Positions 26,814 to 39,436 of a stretch of 64,000 nucleotides of DNA are shown here, piece after piece. A program made the translations under genes and the position numbers. The notes under the pieces were generated by a model. It worked only from the letters and a program-made list of their open reading frames with translations, did not search any database and was not told where the DNA came from. This stretch comes from Trichodelitschia bisporula (lineage: Eukaryota): NCBI GenBank assembly GCA_010356995.1, contig ML996688.1, forward strand, positions 310,001 to 374,000. Reading direction: 5' to 3'. How positions within the stretch are numbered: position 1 is the stretch's first letter; every line of letters starts with the position of its first letter.

Positions 26814-29800
26814 CTACGCCTCATCATCCGTGTCAGCAGGATGCGGGGTGCCCTTCGGGCTGTTCAGCCACTCAATATGCCTCAACCGCCTCCGCACCTC
26901 CCGGTCCTTGAGCTGCTGGCGCGTCATCTTCTTCTTCTTCTTTGCCTTGAACTTCAGATCCCCGCCTCCCTCAGCCTCGCTATTAACCGCCGAATTCGCC
27001 GCACTAGCCTCAGGCGTCGGGAACGCAGAGCTGACATTGGAGCTCACAACGCCGGACCCGGGCCGAGAATCCTCAAACCGGTCTAGCGCAACCGCGAGGT
27101 GGCCCTTGTGCGTCAAGCGGCCGGCATCGACATGCCACTGCTCAGGGCAGAGTGCACCGACAAACTCCTCGTTATGGGAGATCATCACGACGCCGCCCTT
27201 GAACTCGCGGATGGCGGCTGCGAGACCACCGATGCTCTGGCGATCCAAGAAATTGGTCGGCTCGTCAAGGACCAGCAGATGCGGGTTCTGCCACATAGCG
27301 CCCGCAAGCACAACCTTAACTTTCTGCCCGCCCGACAGGCCGGAGATTTGGTTGTGGTTGGCGATTTCCGGGTCCATACCGAGGTCTTCGAAGTGCTTGG
27401 AGATGACCTTGGGCTCGAGCTGGCGGTAGCCAAGACCTTCGCGGGACGACTCGTGGTCGTCAAATTCTTGGACGAGCTTCTGGAAGCCGAGCTTGAGGAG
27501 CGTTTCGCGCGAGATCATGGTATTGAACTTGGGGATCATGTTCTTCCATTTGCTGGCGGGAATTAGCATGGTAGACTTATACGAGAAGTAGAAATCGGGG
27601 GTACTCACACTTCGTACTGGAAGCTCTTCTGCCACTTCTGCCGCCCAATAAGCGCATCGATAAAGCGAGCGCCTTTCCCATCGCCTAGATCAACCGGCTT
27701 CTCCATCTGCAGGCGGTCCTCCTCCGTCAACTGACGGCTCTGCTTCATGAGCACCTCGCGGTCGTCGCCATTGGCATAGCGCCACTGCAGGTACTGATTC
27801 GGCGTCTTCTCCATGTGCATTTCGACGTGCTCAAGAGCGTGCTGCTTGATGTAGCCGATACGCAGATTGGGATGCTTCTCCACGCGGCCAGTCTGCGGGA
27901 TCACCTCGCCCGTCAGGATCTTGATGAGCGTGGATTTGCCCGCACCGTTGGGGCCGATGATGGCAACGCGCGAAGAGAGCGTCAGCTGGCAGGAGACATC
28001 GTTCAGAGACGGCCTCGACGAGCCCGGGTACGTGTAGTTGCAGCCGGTCATACGCAGGATGGCGCGCGTGTTCGACTTGACACCCGTCAGGATACCCGGG
28101 GGCGGGAACTTGAACTGCACCTCCGAGTCCGAGAGCGTGTAGTAGCTCTTCGCCTCAGGCTTGAGCTTGACAAACGCCGCCAGATTACCCTTGTAGCAAA
28201 CGAGCTTCTTGCTTTCGTAATGGTAGATATCCGTGCACACAGCGTCGAGGAAGCCAGAGTCGTGAGATACGATCAAGCTGGTGATTTCCGTGTGCGTCTT
28301 CAGGTACTCCTCAAGCCACTTGATGTTAGCGACATCAAGATGATTAGTCGGTTCGTCCAGCAAGAGGACATCGGCACGCAGCAACATGGCACGCGCAAGC
28401 GCCAACTTCATCTTCCACCCGCCAGACAGCGAGCCGACCGGCTCCGACTGCCGGCCCTCGGGCCCAGCCGTGAAGCCAACCTCTGCGAGCACCTCCGAGA
28501 TACGCTCACGGCTCTCACCCGCCAGCTTGGGGTCACGCACACAGTACTCAAGGATGCTAAGGTCGGCATCCTCACCCTGGTTGTGCTCAACGAAGCAGGT
28601 CCGGACCTCGTCCGGCGATGGGAAGCCCTCGAGCTTGCCTTCGGCGATGCTGCGCATCAGCGTCGACTTGCCCGCACCGTTGCGGCCGCAGAGGCCGTAG
28701 CGGTGGCCCTTGAGCAGGCGCAGGTTCGTGTGAGAGAGTAGCAGCATGCCGCCGTAGCCGAGCGAGAAATTGGCGTTGACAATCTCTACCTCGCCGTCCT
28801 CATCCTTGGGGGCAACGCCAAAGCGCTCGTTGTCCTGGTTGACGAAATACTGGTGCACACCGTTGGAGACGAGCTCGTTGGCGTGGCCAGTCATGAGCGG
28901 CTGCAGGTACGGAACGACGCACTGCGGGATGCGCTCCAGCTCGCGCTGGTTCACCAACTCGGCGACCATATCGCCAATGTACTGCTTTGTCAGCTTCCAG
29001 ACGTCTGCGTCGCCAGGAAGGTTCTTCAAGCCGCCGTTTTTCTGCACCTCCTTTTCAAGAACCTTGATGACATCTTCAGAGCTGGTCCTAACGATACCGG
29101 CACCGGAGTCCTGGTCGCCAATAGCCTTGTTGATGACTTCGAGAGCGCGAGTGGCAAGCTCACGGACTTCAGGCAACGAGGCGCGGTCCTTAACCTGGCT
29201 GACACCGGGCTTCAGCTTAGGCAGGAAGGCACGCGCTTCGATGGGATCGTGCACAAGCTTGGTGAGATTCTCCACGACCACGACTGTACGACGGATCACC
29301 TCTTGGGATGTGGTCGGCGTGTTGAGCGAGCGCTCGAGGAGTGGCGTGAGCATGGCCAGCACGGGCGAGGTGACGATGGCGACGAAGGTGGTCTGCGACA
29401 GCGCGTGGATGGCTTTGTGCAGGGTCTCGGTCGAAGGCTTCTCCATGGCCTGAATTAGCAGCGGGATACGCGGCTCGACATCATCGTTCTGGAGCAGAGT
29501 GGTCAAGGACTGCATCGTCTTGACTGCTTGCTTGCCGACCTGAGCGTGTTAGGGACGAAACTTTGAACGATAAGTAGTACATACCTCGGCTTTGAGATCG
29601 TGCATGCCGCCTTCGACAATAGGAATCAACCTCTCGAGGCGCTTACCCAGCGCAACACGGAGAACGTCCTTGGCCTTTTCCTCCTCTGCGGTTCCGTGGC
29701 CCAGCTTCGCTTTGTCGGCCATCTGGCCCACGAGCTTGTACGCATACACGGTTCCCTGCCACTTGCCCGTCGCCTTGCCCAGGTATTTGACCAGGATCGG

Positions 29801-30280
29801 CAGCAGCGCCATCACAAGCGCCTCAGTCCGGAGGTTAACGAAGAGTGCATCGAGAGCGTACTGTGCTGACTCGCGCACGCTCACAGCCTTGTCTGCCGTG
29901 GCATCCAGAGCCAGCGGCACCAGATTCTCCTCTTGGATAAGGAAAACGACCTCACTCAGCGGCTGGGCCGGGGGCATGCGCTCGAACAACGCACCGAGGG
30001 CGAACATGGCGCCCTCGCGACGACCGACATTCTTCTTGTCGGTGGCGGCCTTACGGATTGTGTCGAGAACGCCATAGGATTTGAGGCCCCGGAAGCCGAC
30101 CGAGTTTATCAGGACCGTGGCGAGGGCGTAAGCGGCATCGAGTGACGTCTGTGACTTGTCGGCGGTGAGGACGGTGTTGAGGATGTCGGTGACCTCGACC
30201 TGGGTTGGCGGGACCGAGGACTCATCAGCGGCCTTGACAACGATGGCGGGAGCCATAGGGCGTGAAACAGGATGTGGCAT
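26814..30280 (-). CDS. NEW1: eEF3-like ABCF ATPase New1/Elf1 (HEAT repeats, two ABC domains, chromodomain insert), 3 exons
   Basis: Walker A GRNGAGKST and GPNGAGKST, signatures LSGGWKMK and LSGGQKVK, and LDEPTN twice. Chromo insert GRQKWQKSFQYEV|KWKN. The tail RRLRHIEWLNSPKGTP..DTDDE is typical of New1/Elf1 rather than canonical eEF3. Confidence 0.92.
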
Positions 30281-31504
30281 AGAGTGTAGAAGAGTGTGAG
30301 AGCGTTATGCTCTACGTTGACACGCCTAGTCGAGGTGGTGGCCTCGAGTGGGCGCTTTGTAAGATTTGTGGGCGTGAAGACCCGATAAGCGTGTTGACTG
30401 AGAACACTTGCAGCAGTAGCAGTGGCAGAGTGCAATACAAATGGATTTTGGACAAAGAAAGAGGAGTGGAGATTTGGCGAAGATGCCGTTATGAAGATGA
30501 TGTCCGGTGTTGGTCTTTGGTGGGTTGGGTCGCAAGAAAAAAAGTTGAGAAGCGGGCGGACTTGGCGGGTCCGGGTGGGGCTGAGAGGACAGAGGGAAAA
30601 AAATTAAATTTGGGTTCTTCGGGCGAATGAGGGGCAGGCGGCAAAGTGCGTGTCTGTGGCGGTGCGTCTTCCTTTGACCGTGGGGTTCCCGGGACAAGGT
30701 GAATATGTAAGGCTGAGCGACACGGAGATTGTGTGCGAACGTGGTCTCTTTCGCCTATTCCCTTGGTCGTTCACGACTCTCTTCGCTCAACTTATACTAC
30801 TCCATCTGCTTCCTATTTCTCACGGAAACACACTAAATCCTGAAGAACGGATGTCGTCTACTATTTTGCAGTCGACATTGCCCCGCAATCACCTCGGCTC
30901 CCCCTCCGTAGATTGTCAGTGTCCGGATTAACCCTACGCATGGGTGTCACTAGCTGCCTCTCTCTTATCTCGTGAGGTCCCCGTATCAGTATAGAGGATA
31001 AAGTTCAGGTTCAGAGTAAGGTTACTCTTTAAGACATCGGGAACTCAACTGCTGTCAAAGCCCTCAGCTGTTCCCGATATGTCCTTTGCTGACAAAGCTA
31101 CTGCGTGAAGAGAGGAGTGAAAAGACGGTGAATATGACCTCTTATCGAGTATGCGGGTTTCATATCGGCATGGTAGAAATTTAAGAGAACAGCATACTCG
31201 AACTGACCAGATGATGCCCGTGGAGTTCTGGTCGTGATCAGTCAGAGAAGCTTCATATCATTACCCGCGAAGCATATCGACAACGACATAACCTCTAACG
31301 GCATATATATCCCCGATCTATACCATCAAATCCAATGTCCGCTAACCAGAACATCTACAGCCCTTCCAGTCATATATGTCATCAGTTCATGCCCAATAAC
31401 CAGGAAATCATCTACAGTCATGTCCAACCATACCCATCCACAGTTGATGCCCACTAACTTCCCAAACGTCCACCAATCTCCAACCTCACCATCAAGCTCC
31501 CCTC

Positions 31505-32442
31505 TCACCACCCCGCCTCCCTCTCCCTCTTCCTCCTATTCAACTCCCCATCCACCAACCCCGCTCCAACAGCCCCCGCAACCGCCCCAACAACAGCCCC
31601 CGCAACCCCCTTCCCCGCCCTCTTCCCAAGCCACCCCCCGGCAACAGCCCCCGCTAGACTCGCCCCTAGACTCCCGGCCTTCCCCTTCCTCCCCCCCTCA
31701 TCCTCCTCATCACTCCAACTCCGACTCCTCCCCCGTCCAGGCGGGCTCCTCCCCCGTCCCCGTCCCCAACTCAAACTCCTCTCCCTCTCCCTCCCCGGCC
31801 TATACACCGGCAACTCCCTCGGCCTATCCCACCCCTCCTCCCTCCCCGCAAATGTATACCTCACCGGCCCCTCCGGCACGCCCCCCGCGGGGAACAGCAC
31901 AGGCGGCACATACCGCCCCTCCGGCGTGCGGGCCCGGATGCGGCGCGTGCGTACTGGCCGCTCAAAGCGAGGCGGGCTCTCAGCCCGGGGCCGCAGATCC
32001 CTATCCGCGAAGGCGTAGACCCGCGGGTCGTGCCGCAGGGGCGGGTCGAGGGAGGCGTCGCGCTCGACGACGCGCGGCCTGTATCTCTCCCGTTCCCTGT
32101 CTGGCGAGGGGGAGACGGAGTATGTGCGGCTCGTGCGGCGGGTATGGCTCAGGGAGCGCGAACGCGAGCGCGAGCGGCGGCTGCGGCTTGTCCTCCGCTC
32201 GTAGTCTGAGTCGGAGTGTTCGTGGCGGGAGCGGGTGGGGGAGGAGGGTTTGCTACCCGAGAGGGAACGGTTCTTGGACTTCGAGCGGAGGCGGGGTCTG
32301 TGGATGCGGCCGTGGAATTTGTCGTAGTATTTCTCCGCTAGGCCGTCGAGGGCTGTTAGGCCCAGTTCCTAGGCGTGTTAGCCGGGAGAGGTGATGGGAG
32401 GGGGGGGGGGAAGAGGGGACGTACGATGAAGTTCTCGTCCAT
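31505..32442 (-). CDS. Hypothetical Arg/Ser-rich protein with C-terminal glycine-zipper segment, 2 exons
   Basis: MDENFI | intron GTACGT..CTAAC..TAG | ELGLTALDGLAEKYYDKFHGR...SRSRRSRSRSRS..., open without stops (translated by hand) into ORF 31505-31909, which ends GSLGASLAGAVAGGWLG..GVAGAVVGAVAGAVGAG. Confidence 0.7.
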
Positions 32443-33576
32443 GATGGCTGAGGTGAGGTGAGTCGTGATAAGGTCGTCGATCAGAGCAATAAGCCTCTCT
32501 CAAGCAAAGATCCGATGTAAGCCACCAAAGCCCGCCGTAAACCCAAATCGCCAAAGGTAAGCAAGCCTCCAACGCAAATCCCACAAGCAAGCAACAGTGC
32601 GACCAAAACAAGCTCTCCCTCTTCCCGCCTTAAAACACCGCCAACGCCCGGATCGCACTCGCTCTAAATTCCTGGTGCGCGGGGGCTGAGCGATCGCTGC
32701 CTGCAAGCCCATGGGCGCTGCTGCTTTTTCCTGCCGTCCTCACCGTTTAGCTCGTGATTCATGCGACAGGTGCAGGTGAACGAGTGCGCCTGCGGCCTGC
32801 GTTGACCGCCGAATCAGCAGGCGAGGCCGCAGCCTTGCAGGGGCCGGAGCGCTACCCGCTCGGCGTGCGTCAGTGGCTGCGTGGGGGCTTGGCTGGCCGA
32901 TGTGGGGTCGCACGGGGCAAGGGGGGGTGGGAGCGTTCGGATCGGGCCGAGGAGATGGTGGTGGGGCGAGGCTGAGGATCTGGGGGAGTTTGGGGTAGGT
33001 GGAGGGAAGGGTTGGGAGAGGTGTGGTGATGAAGGTTAAGATGGAGAGTAGATGGGAGAGTTGGGGGAGGTTTTGTAGGTATTTGGGACAGATTCTGAGG
33101 TTGGGGTGTTGAAGGCATGGTGACGTGAGTTAGTGGGTATTGGCGTCCTGATATGCAGGTCTGGAACATGGACTGGTGTGTTGGCACTGAGCGGTCTTGT
33201 CCTGACGCTGACGATTGACATCATTGAAAGGGGAATAAGAACTCGATGGTGCTAACCCCATATGTTCCGGGTTCATGGCCGTATGCCTGATTCGTGGAGG
33301 AACCATTAACTGGATAGACTCCAACAGCACAGTCGAACCGCACACTACGATCGGACTATTACAATTACTACTATTATCCATGGTCTAAGTGACGATAAAC
33401 GAAGAGGTCAACATCGAGCCAATCCGAATAACCAAAAACAAGCGTCAACCAGCGCATGCGCATACGCATGCGTGATCAACATCAACATCAATGAACCGAC
33501 AAAACCCCCACAACTCCATCTCCACATCCAACTTCAACCAGCAAATGGGCAGCACCTTCAGGCAATCAACGCCCCT

Positions 33577-36500
33577 TCAACACCCCCCACTCCCCCCTTT
33601 CCCCTCAACCTCCAAATGCGCCAACAATGCATGAGAGACCCACTCCACCGCCTCAACCCGTGCATCCGCCATACGAACCAACGTCTCCAGCGACTTCACC
33701 ATCCCAGCAAGATTCCTAAGCGCCGAACACCCCCCCAGCAGTCCATCCTCACATTCCTTCCTGGTCCTCTCCAATACAGTCTGATACACTAACTTGATAT
33801 GCTGAGCATACACCACAGCCGCCTGCTGATATTCGGCCAAGTACACCTGCAAGGCCCTGTACTCCGAAACCGCGGCGGGGGCCTTGCGGACTTTGACGCC
33901 AGTGGTGGCGGGGCGGGGACGTGGATACAAGGCCGGATTGTTGAACCCTGAGACCGGTGCCGTTGGAAGCACGGTCTCTGCGTTGGCAGGCACGGGCGTG
34001 GGAAAGGAGGGAATGGCTTCTTCGAGCGGCTGTTGCCCAAGACCAGGCAAAAACGTCCACTCCGGGATGGCTGTCGGCTCGGTCGGTGGCAGATTGCTCG
34101 TCTCGGGCTCGGTGCAGGAAGAGGTGCGAGTTCTAGGGAAGGATGGGGGTTCATGAAAGGGCCTGTCGTTGGGGAAGTAGTCCCTGGAAATGGTACGGTC
34201 CCCCTTCCCAGTCTTCGTAACCGGTGGCAGATGGCCTACCTCGCTTTCAGTGCAGGAAGACGCGCGCGTTCTCGGAAATGAAGGGGGTTCATGAAATGGC
34301 CTATCGCTGGGGAGGTAGTCCCTGGGATAGGTACAGTCCGCCATCCCGGGTTCCTTCAGCTTCTTGGCCCATCCGCCATCGTCATGTTGCTGCTCGTGGT
34401 ACTGGAGCGCTGCAGTCGGGATGACGAGTGAGTTGGGCACCCCCCACAGCTCGATGTTATGCACTGGAGACTCTTCCCGCGACGTTGGCGCGGTGGAGCA
34501 GGTATGGTCGATGGTAGTGAGAGAGGCGGTACCGTCATCCGAGTACGTGGGTTCATGGGACTCGGATGTGATCCGGCTGGGGATTTCCCGGCGGCGTAGG
34601 TCGAATAGCTGCACGTGCGGTATGGCAGGACTCGAGTGTGATGTCACTGTTGTACTGTTGACAATCGGTTCTGAGGTGGTAGAGTGCGATCCTGTGCCCT
34701 CCGATTCGGAAAATATGCTGTCGATGTGAGACCGAGTCAGTTTCTCGAAGAAGGCGGGCGAGTCCTCTGGGTCAACGCTTTGCGGGGCCATGGTGCTCGG
34801 CTCAATGCAGTGGCCCTCATGACGGGAGTTGGGCTTCGAGGAGGCAGTCCGAGAAAATGACTCCCCGGGATCGAAGCTCGAAGTGGCGGAGTCGCTAGCA
34901 AGCGATGCGGATGGAATAGTCGATTCAGTGTTGATTACCGGCTCCAGTGAGGAGGAAGGGCCCCGAACTGAACCCTTCCCTTGAAACGATGGAGTTCCTT
35001 CCTCAACCACATATGCGCCCAGCATGATCGCGAGTGCCGTAAGTAAACCAACGGCAGCCAGCGACCTCGCAAACTTCTTCAACTTCCTCAGTAATCTATA
35101 TTTCAACTTTTTCTGTCGCCTCGTAAGAACAGGGCGCCGGACTCCAGGGCGCCTGACTCCAAGACGTAGATGTGTGCTCCGGGGATATAACAACTCTTTC
35201 AATGCGCTCGCACATGCTACCCTGGCAAGCTTCGGTCCCTGCGCCGCAAAACACAATATCTCAGTGATGGAATGAACGACGTCAAAAAAGGCTTTAGTTA
35301 AGTCTAGCAGCGCGTTAGAAAACATTGTCTTATAAGAGGGAGAACACTGGCCGAAGGCGGGCTCGTCCGCCTCTGGCAAGATATCATCTGCGGAAACAGA
35401 GATTCGTAAGGGGGAGGGTGTGGGCATGCCCTCCTGGTAGTGGAGCGGATACTCCCTGTAGGAGCCTTTCGATGGGCGCCTTGTGAATAATTCTATGGCA
35501 AAGGTAGGGCGCCATGCGTAGTTGACCGGTGCAGACTGCTTAGTTTGTAACGAAGGAGGATAGTTCTCATCGCCATCCACCAGGTTCGACCGCTCCGTTG
35601 CCTCTTCCGACTGCTCAGGTTGTGACGACGGAGGATCGTTCTCATCGCCATTCACCAGGCTCGACTGGTCCGTCGCCTCTTCCGACTGCTCAGGTTGCAG
35701 CGACGGAGAATCGTCCCCGGCACCATCCATCGGACTCGACTGCTCCGTCGACTCTTCCGACCGTGCGAGCCCTAAACACCGCTTCTTGCACTCGCCCTGC
35801 GAACAGTCTTCCGAAGTGCTTCCAGAAGTGTCTTGTGCCATTGGCGTAGAATCTGGCTCGGGCCTGTCGCCAGGCATGTCACCGTCATCCTGCATCTGGC
35901 GCTCTAGATGGTCCAGGAGAGCATCAAGGCCTTCCATCGAATTCTGCTTCCTCTTTTTACCGCACGTTGAGCCCGGCTGGGGCGGTTGCTGGTTTTCCCG
36001 CTCGTCGGATGCCGTTGACTCGTCCATTTCATGCTCGTGTCCTCCGTGCACCGTTTCCGAAGCGACTGGGTCTTCATCTTGCATATTGCTGTCGTCGCTA
36101 GGATGTTCCGGGCCCAAATTTGTTCCGGTCGTATCCGGTTGCTGGTCTTCCCACTCGCCGGATGCCGTCAATTCGTTGTTTTCACCCTCGAGCCCTCCTT
36201 GTACCGTGTCCGAAGCGACTGGATTCCCATCCTGCATATTGTTGTCGTCGCTAGGATTATCCTCGTGCGAATTCTCTTCAGTCGTATCAACCTCATCGGC
36301 CGCGTCGTCACTCCCTGAGCTTAGATCATAATCCGAACTGCTTTCGTCACCCGAACGGCGGGGATCGAGGTCGTACTCCACCTTTTTAACGACCGCGGCT
36401 TCCCAAAGGCGTGGAATGAGCTCTTCCAGCCGGTGCATCCAAGTCATATTCATCGTTAGATCCTTTTCAAAGACGTGGAGTTCCCCCTGTGTCTGAATCC

Positions 36501-37684
36501 TCACGTCCCTCATCCACGCACCAACATCTTCCATGCATCTCGCCAGCGCCGTCATCTGACAGTCGCATTGCATCCGCTTCCTTGTGACCTCCTCCTCCTC
36601 AACCCATCCGACATAGACGTTCTTCTCGTACTGGAATATGCCTTTCAGCCACCGGATAGTAGCATCAAGAACCGTCTGCTTGTTCCCTGAAAGCTGTTGG
36701 AGGATTTTGCACTCAAGCTCCATGACCGGCCCAAACTCCCCTTCAGGATAGGAAATCATCTTAAGGATACTCTTAAAATCCCAAAGAGTAATCACTAGGC
36801 GAGCCACCCGGTCTGCTATGAAGGCAGGCAAGCAGCCGTTTCCGCGCAGCCAGTCCAGTCTGGTCGTCCGAGCACAGTGCCACTGTGCAGCCCACTGAAT
36901 GTACTGCGTGCGTATCGTTACAGCCACCATCTCGAACTCGTCTTCGTTCGGATATAGCCAGCGGCGGTTGCTCGTGTTTGCTAGCGTGGATGCGATGCTG
37001 TGCATTTGACGCTCCATCCGATGAACCCAGAACTTGACCTCGAACTCCGTAGCCGTAGGGCCGAGTGTACGATGAGCCGCCTGGAAAACCAGGTGTCTCT
37101 GACCCATGATATGAATCGGTATCAGACACCGCCTCTCTGCTGCCGCGAAGAGTACTAGCGGCGCGAGGTACGTCTCCAGCACGGCACGTGCCTCAGCGGA
37201 GTATGGGAAATGCGGATTGTGGACGTCGTCGAGGAAGATGATGGTATACCGGGCGCAACCAGGGTTTCTACGCTTGAAATTCTGGAAAGCCGGGAACCAG
37301 TCGCGGATCTGTTGCGTTAGGTGGTGCACGATGGGGGATTAAGAGGGGACTGTACCGGTTCGTAAGGATGCGGAGGGGAGAGTAGAACGGTGGGCGGAAT
37401 CGGTGCATTGCCTGTCGGTTGATGTGCCCTGATATCAAGGACAGCGGCTTGGGGGACACGTTCGCTATTTGGGGGGTTAGCTGGGATGGCGGCGAGGGAA
37501 TCGAGGGGGGGGCTTACCGTAGCGTCTGGGTGAATTGGAGGCGGTATTCCGGTTCGGCATAGTTCAAGTTGATGTGCAGTACGGGGGCACACACCACAGG
37601 GGAATCCCATAGATCATCGTTGGAGGGAAGGGGAGGCTGATTGGGGTTCCATATCAGATCCGGTGGAGCGGCGTCGGACGCCAT
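33577..37684 (-). CDS. Large unassigned protein (~1330 aa) with internal repeats and one predicted TM helix, 3 exons
   Basis: A 1250-codon open frame. Upstream ATG 37684 (MASDAAPPDLIWNP..TLR) joins via a GTAAGC..GCTAAC..TAG intron and a GTACAG..CTAAC..CAG intron, in frame, to IRDWFPAF. Hydrophobic LAAVGLLTALAIMLGAYVV follows a basic run. Confidence 0.7.
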
Positions 37685-37987
37685 AGCGAGAGACCCGGAG
37701 AGGTGTAACTCGCGATTTGCATGCAAAGATAGCAATGGTGATGGATAAATGATGTGGGAGGATGACGAGCAGGAAGGTAAATGATAGAAATTTGTCACGG
37801 AAGATGGTGGGAGGGGAGCGGTGCGGTAAACCCGTGAAAAGTATGTGTGCGTTTAAGGACCCCACCCACGACTATATCCCGACCGCCTTCGGGATGACCA
37901 GTCCTTCCAAATCACGGTCGGGCTTTCCTACTCCCGTGGTTCAGCATTTCCCGATCAAATATAGGACACCCAACTTTTCCTGTCCCC

Positions 37988-39436
37988 TTAGGCCTTAAGC
38001 TCACCGGAGCCCGCCTGCACCCCCTTCGGTGCCTTATGCTTCTTCACCACCGTCAACCCACCCACTAACATCACCAGCGCCAGCAAACCCAGAACAACCG
38101 CCAGCGTAACCATAGCGCCAATAACCCCCCCGATAGCAGCAGAAATACCTCCCTTCTTGTCCTGCTTCGCACTCTTAGTCCCCGCCACCGACGCACCGGC
38201 ACAAACGCCCGCCGTATTCCTGCACTTGCTGCACCAGTCCTCCGTTGTCGTCACCGCAAACTTGCTCAACTTCTCCACAAACACAGGATACGAAACATCC
38301 ATCTCACTCCCACCAAACAGTGGAAAGGCCACTGGTGGTGCTCCCTCCCCTGCGGTGCCGTTCTTGAACAGGAACCGGACGCGCAGGTCCTCGGCCTGGG
38401 GCGAGGGGCTGCTCCCATTTGGCGCGAAGAGCTCGAACAGCATGGCTGATGCATAGTCCGGCAGACCGGTGAAGTCGACACTTGCAGCGGGGAGGTCGGC
38501 TAGGCCGAAGAATGAAAGGAAGGTCGCGTAAGCGCCGAACTGGATGTTCAACTTCGACTTGCCCTTGGAAATCACGGTGCTGTTGAAGGCGGACAGGATC
38601 TCGGCTGCCAGGAGCATACCTGGCATGGCACGCATGTTGTCGCTGGCATTGTAGGCCAGACCCCATTCATGGGCATCAGCCAGAGTGCGGAGTTGATACA
38701 ACGTCTGGGGCGTGAGAAGGTTGGCCGACGGGATGCTGGTGTTATGGATTGTTGCGACATTGATGAGGTCGAAAACTTGGGCGGTTAGCAAGAGAGGGAT
38801 CACATGTATGATGTACTCACCTGTATATCCGTTCTTGAACGTAACATAATCCTTCGCAAAGGTATCATTGACCACCGGCACGAGACTGGAGTAAAACTCC
38901 TTCGTCTGCTTTAACTTCCCCGCATACTCGGCCGAAAAAAAGTAGCTATTCGAGCTCGTCGTCGCGCCCAGACATCCACTCGCATCCTGGAGCCAGGGAT
39001 TATCTTCACTCCCCGCCCCTGCCGAAACTTCCGTCACAGGAATCAACTGATACCCCCCCATCGGCGCCTGCACGACCGTCCCATTCCGCAGCGTCTCCTT
39101 GCTCTCAGACGGCGGGTACAAGCCCTGCAAGAATGCATACGCCGAGTTCTCAAGCACCGTATCCAGCGGCGCGCTCACGGCAATCTGTGCCTGATTGACG
39201 ACATCGGGCTCAAGGCCCGCGACCTTCAACGTAGCATTCGAAGAGACATAGCGTTCCCGGAAGTACTGCCCGGCCGTGTAGACCTGCGTGTAGCCGAGGG
39301 AGGTCAGACGCGTGGGCGGCAGGCTCTTGGGCGTGCGGTCGCCGTGCCGGTGGAAGATGTACGCGCCGTAGACGGTTTCGTCTGCCAGGCTGAGGGGCAG
39401 GGAGGCCAGGAGGAGAAGTTGGGAAACTCGATGCAT
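37988..39436 (-). CDS. Histidine acid phosphatase (clade 2) family protein, signal peptide plus C-terminal TM
   Basis: Signal MHRVSQLLLLASLPLSLA; RHGDRTP motif; LTSLGYTQ; several N-glycosylation sequons; TM AAIGGVIGAMVTLAVVLGLLALVMLV. In-frame 45-nt intron 38776-38820. Confidence 0.88.
   Translation of the reverse strand: MHRVSQLLLLASLPLSLADETVYGAYIFHRHGDRTPKSLPPTRLTSLGYTQVYTAGQYFRERYVSSNATLKVAGLEPDVVNQAQIAVSAPLDTVLENSAYAFLQGLYPPSESKETLRNGTVVQAPMGGYQLIPVTEVSAGAGSEDNPWLQDASGCLGATTSSNSYFFSAEYAGKLKQTKEFYSSLVPVVNDTFAKDYVTFKNGYTGEYIIHVIPLLLTAQVFDLINVATIHNTSIPSANLLTPQTLYQLRTLADAHEWGLAYNASDNMRAMPGMLLAAEILSAFNSTVISKGKSKLNIQFGAYATFLSFFGLADLPAASVDFTGLPDYASAMLFELFAPNGSSPSPQAEDLRVRFLFKNGTAGEGAPPVAFPLFGGSEMDVSYPVFVEKLSKFAVTTTEDWCSKCRNTAGVCAGASVAGTKSAKQDKKGGISAAIGGVIGAMVTLAVVLGLLALVMLVGGLTVVKKHKAPKGVQAGSGELKA

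Noticed and set aside
31234..32394. 386-aa Pro/Ser-rich + strand ORF, and many other long antisense or alternate-frame ORFs over real genes
   Set aside because: These are shadow ORFs expected in GC-rich coding DNA; the opposite strand has proper start, splice and family motifs.
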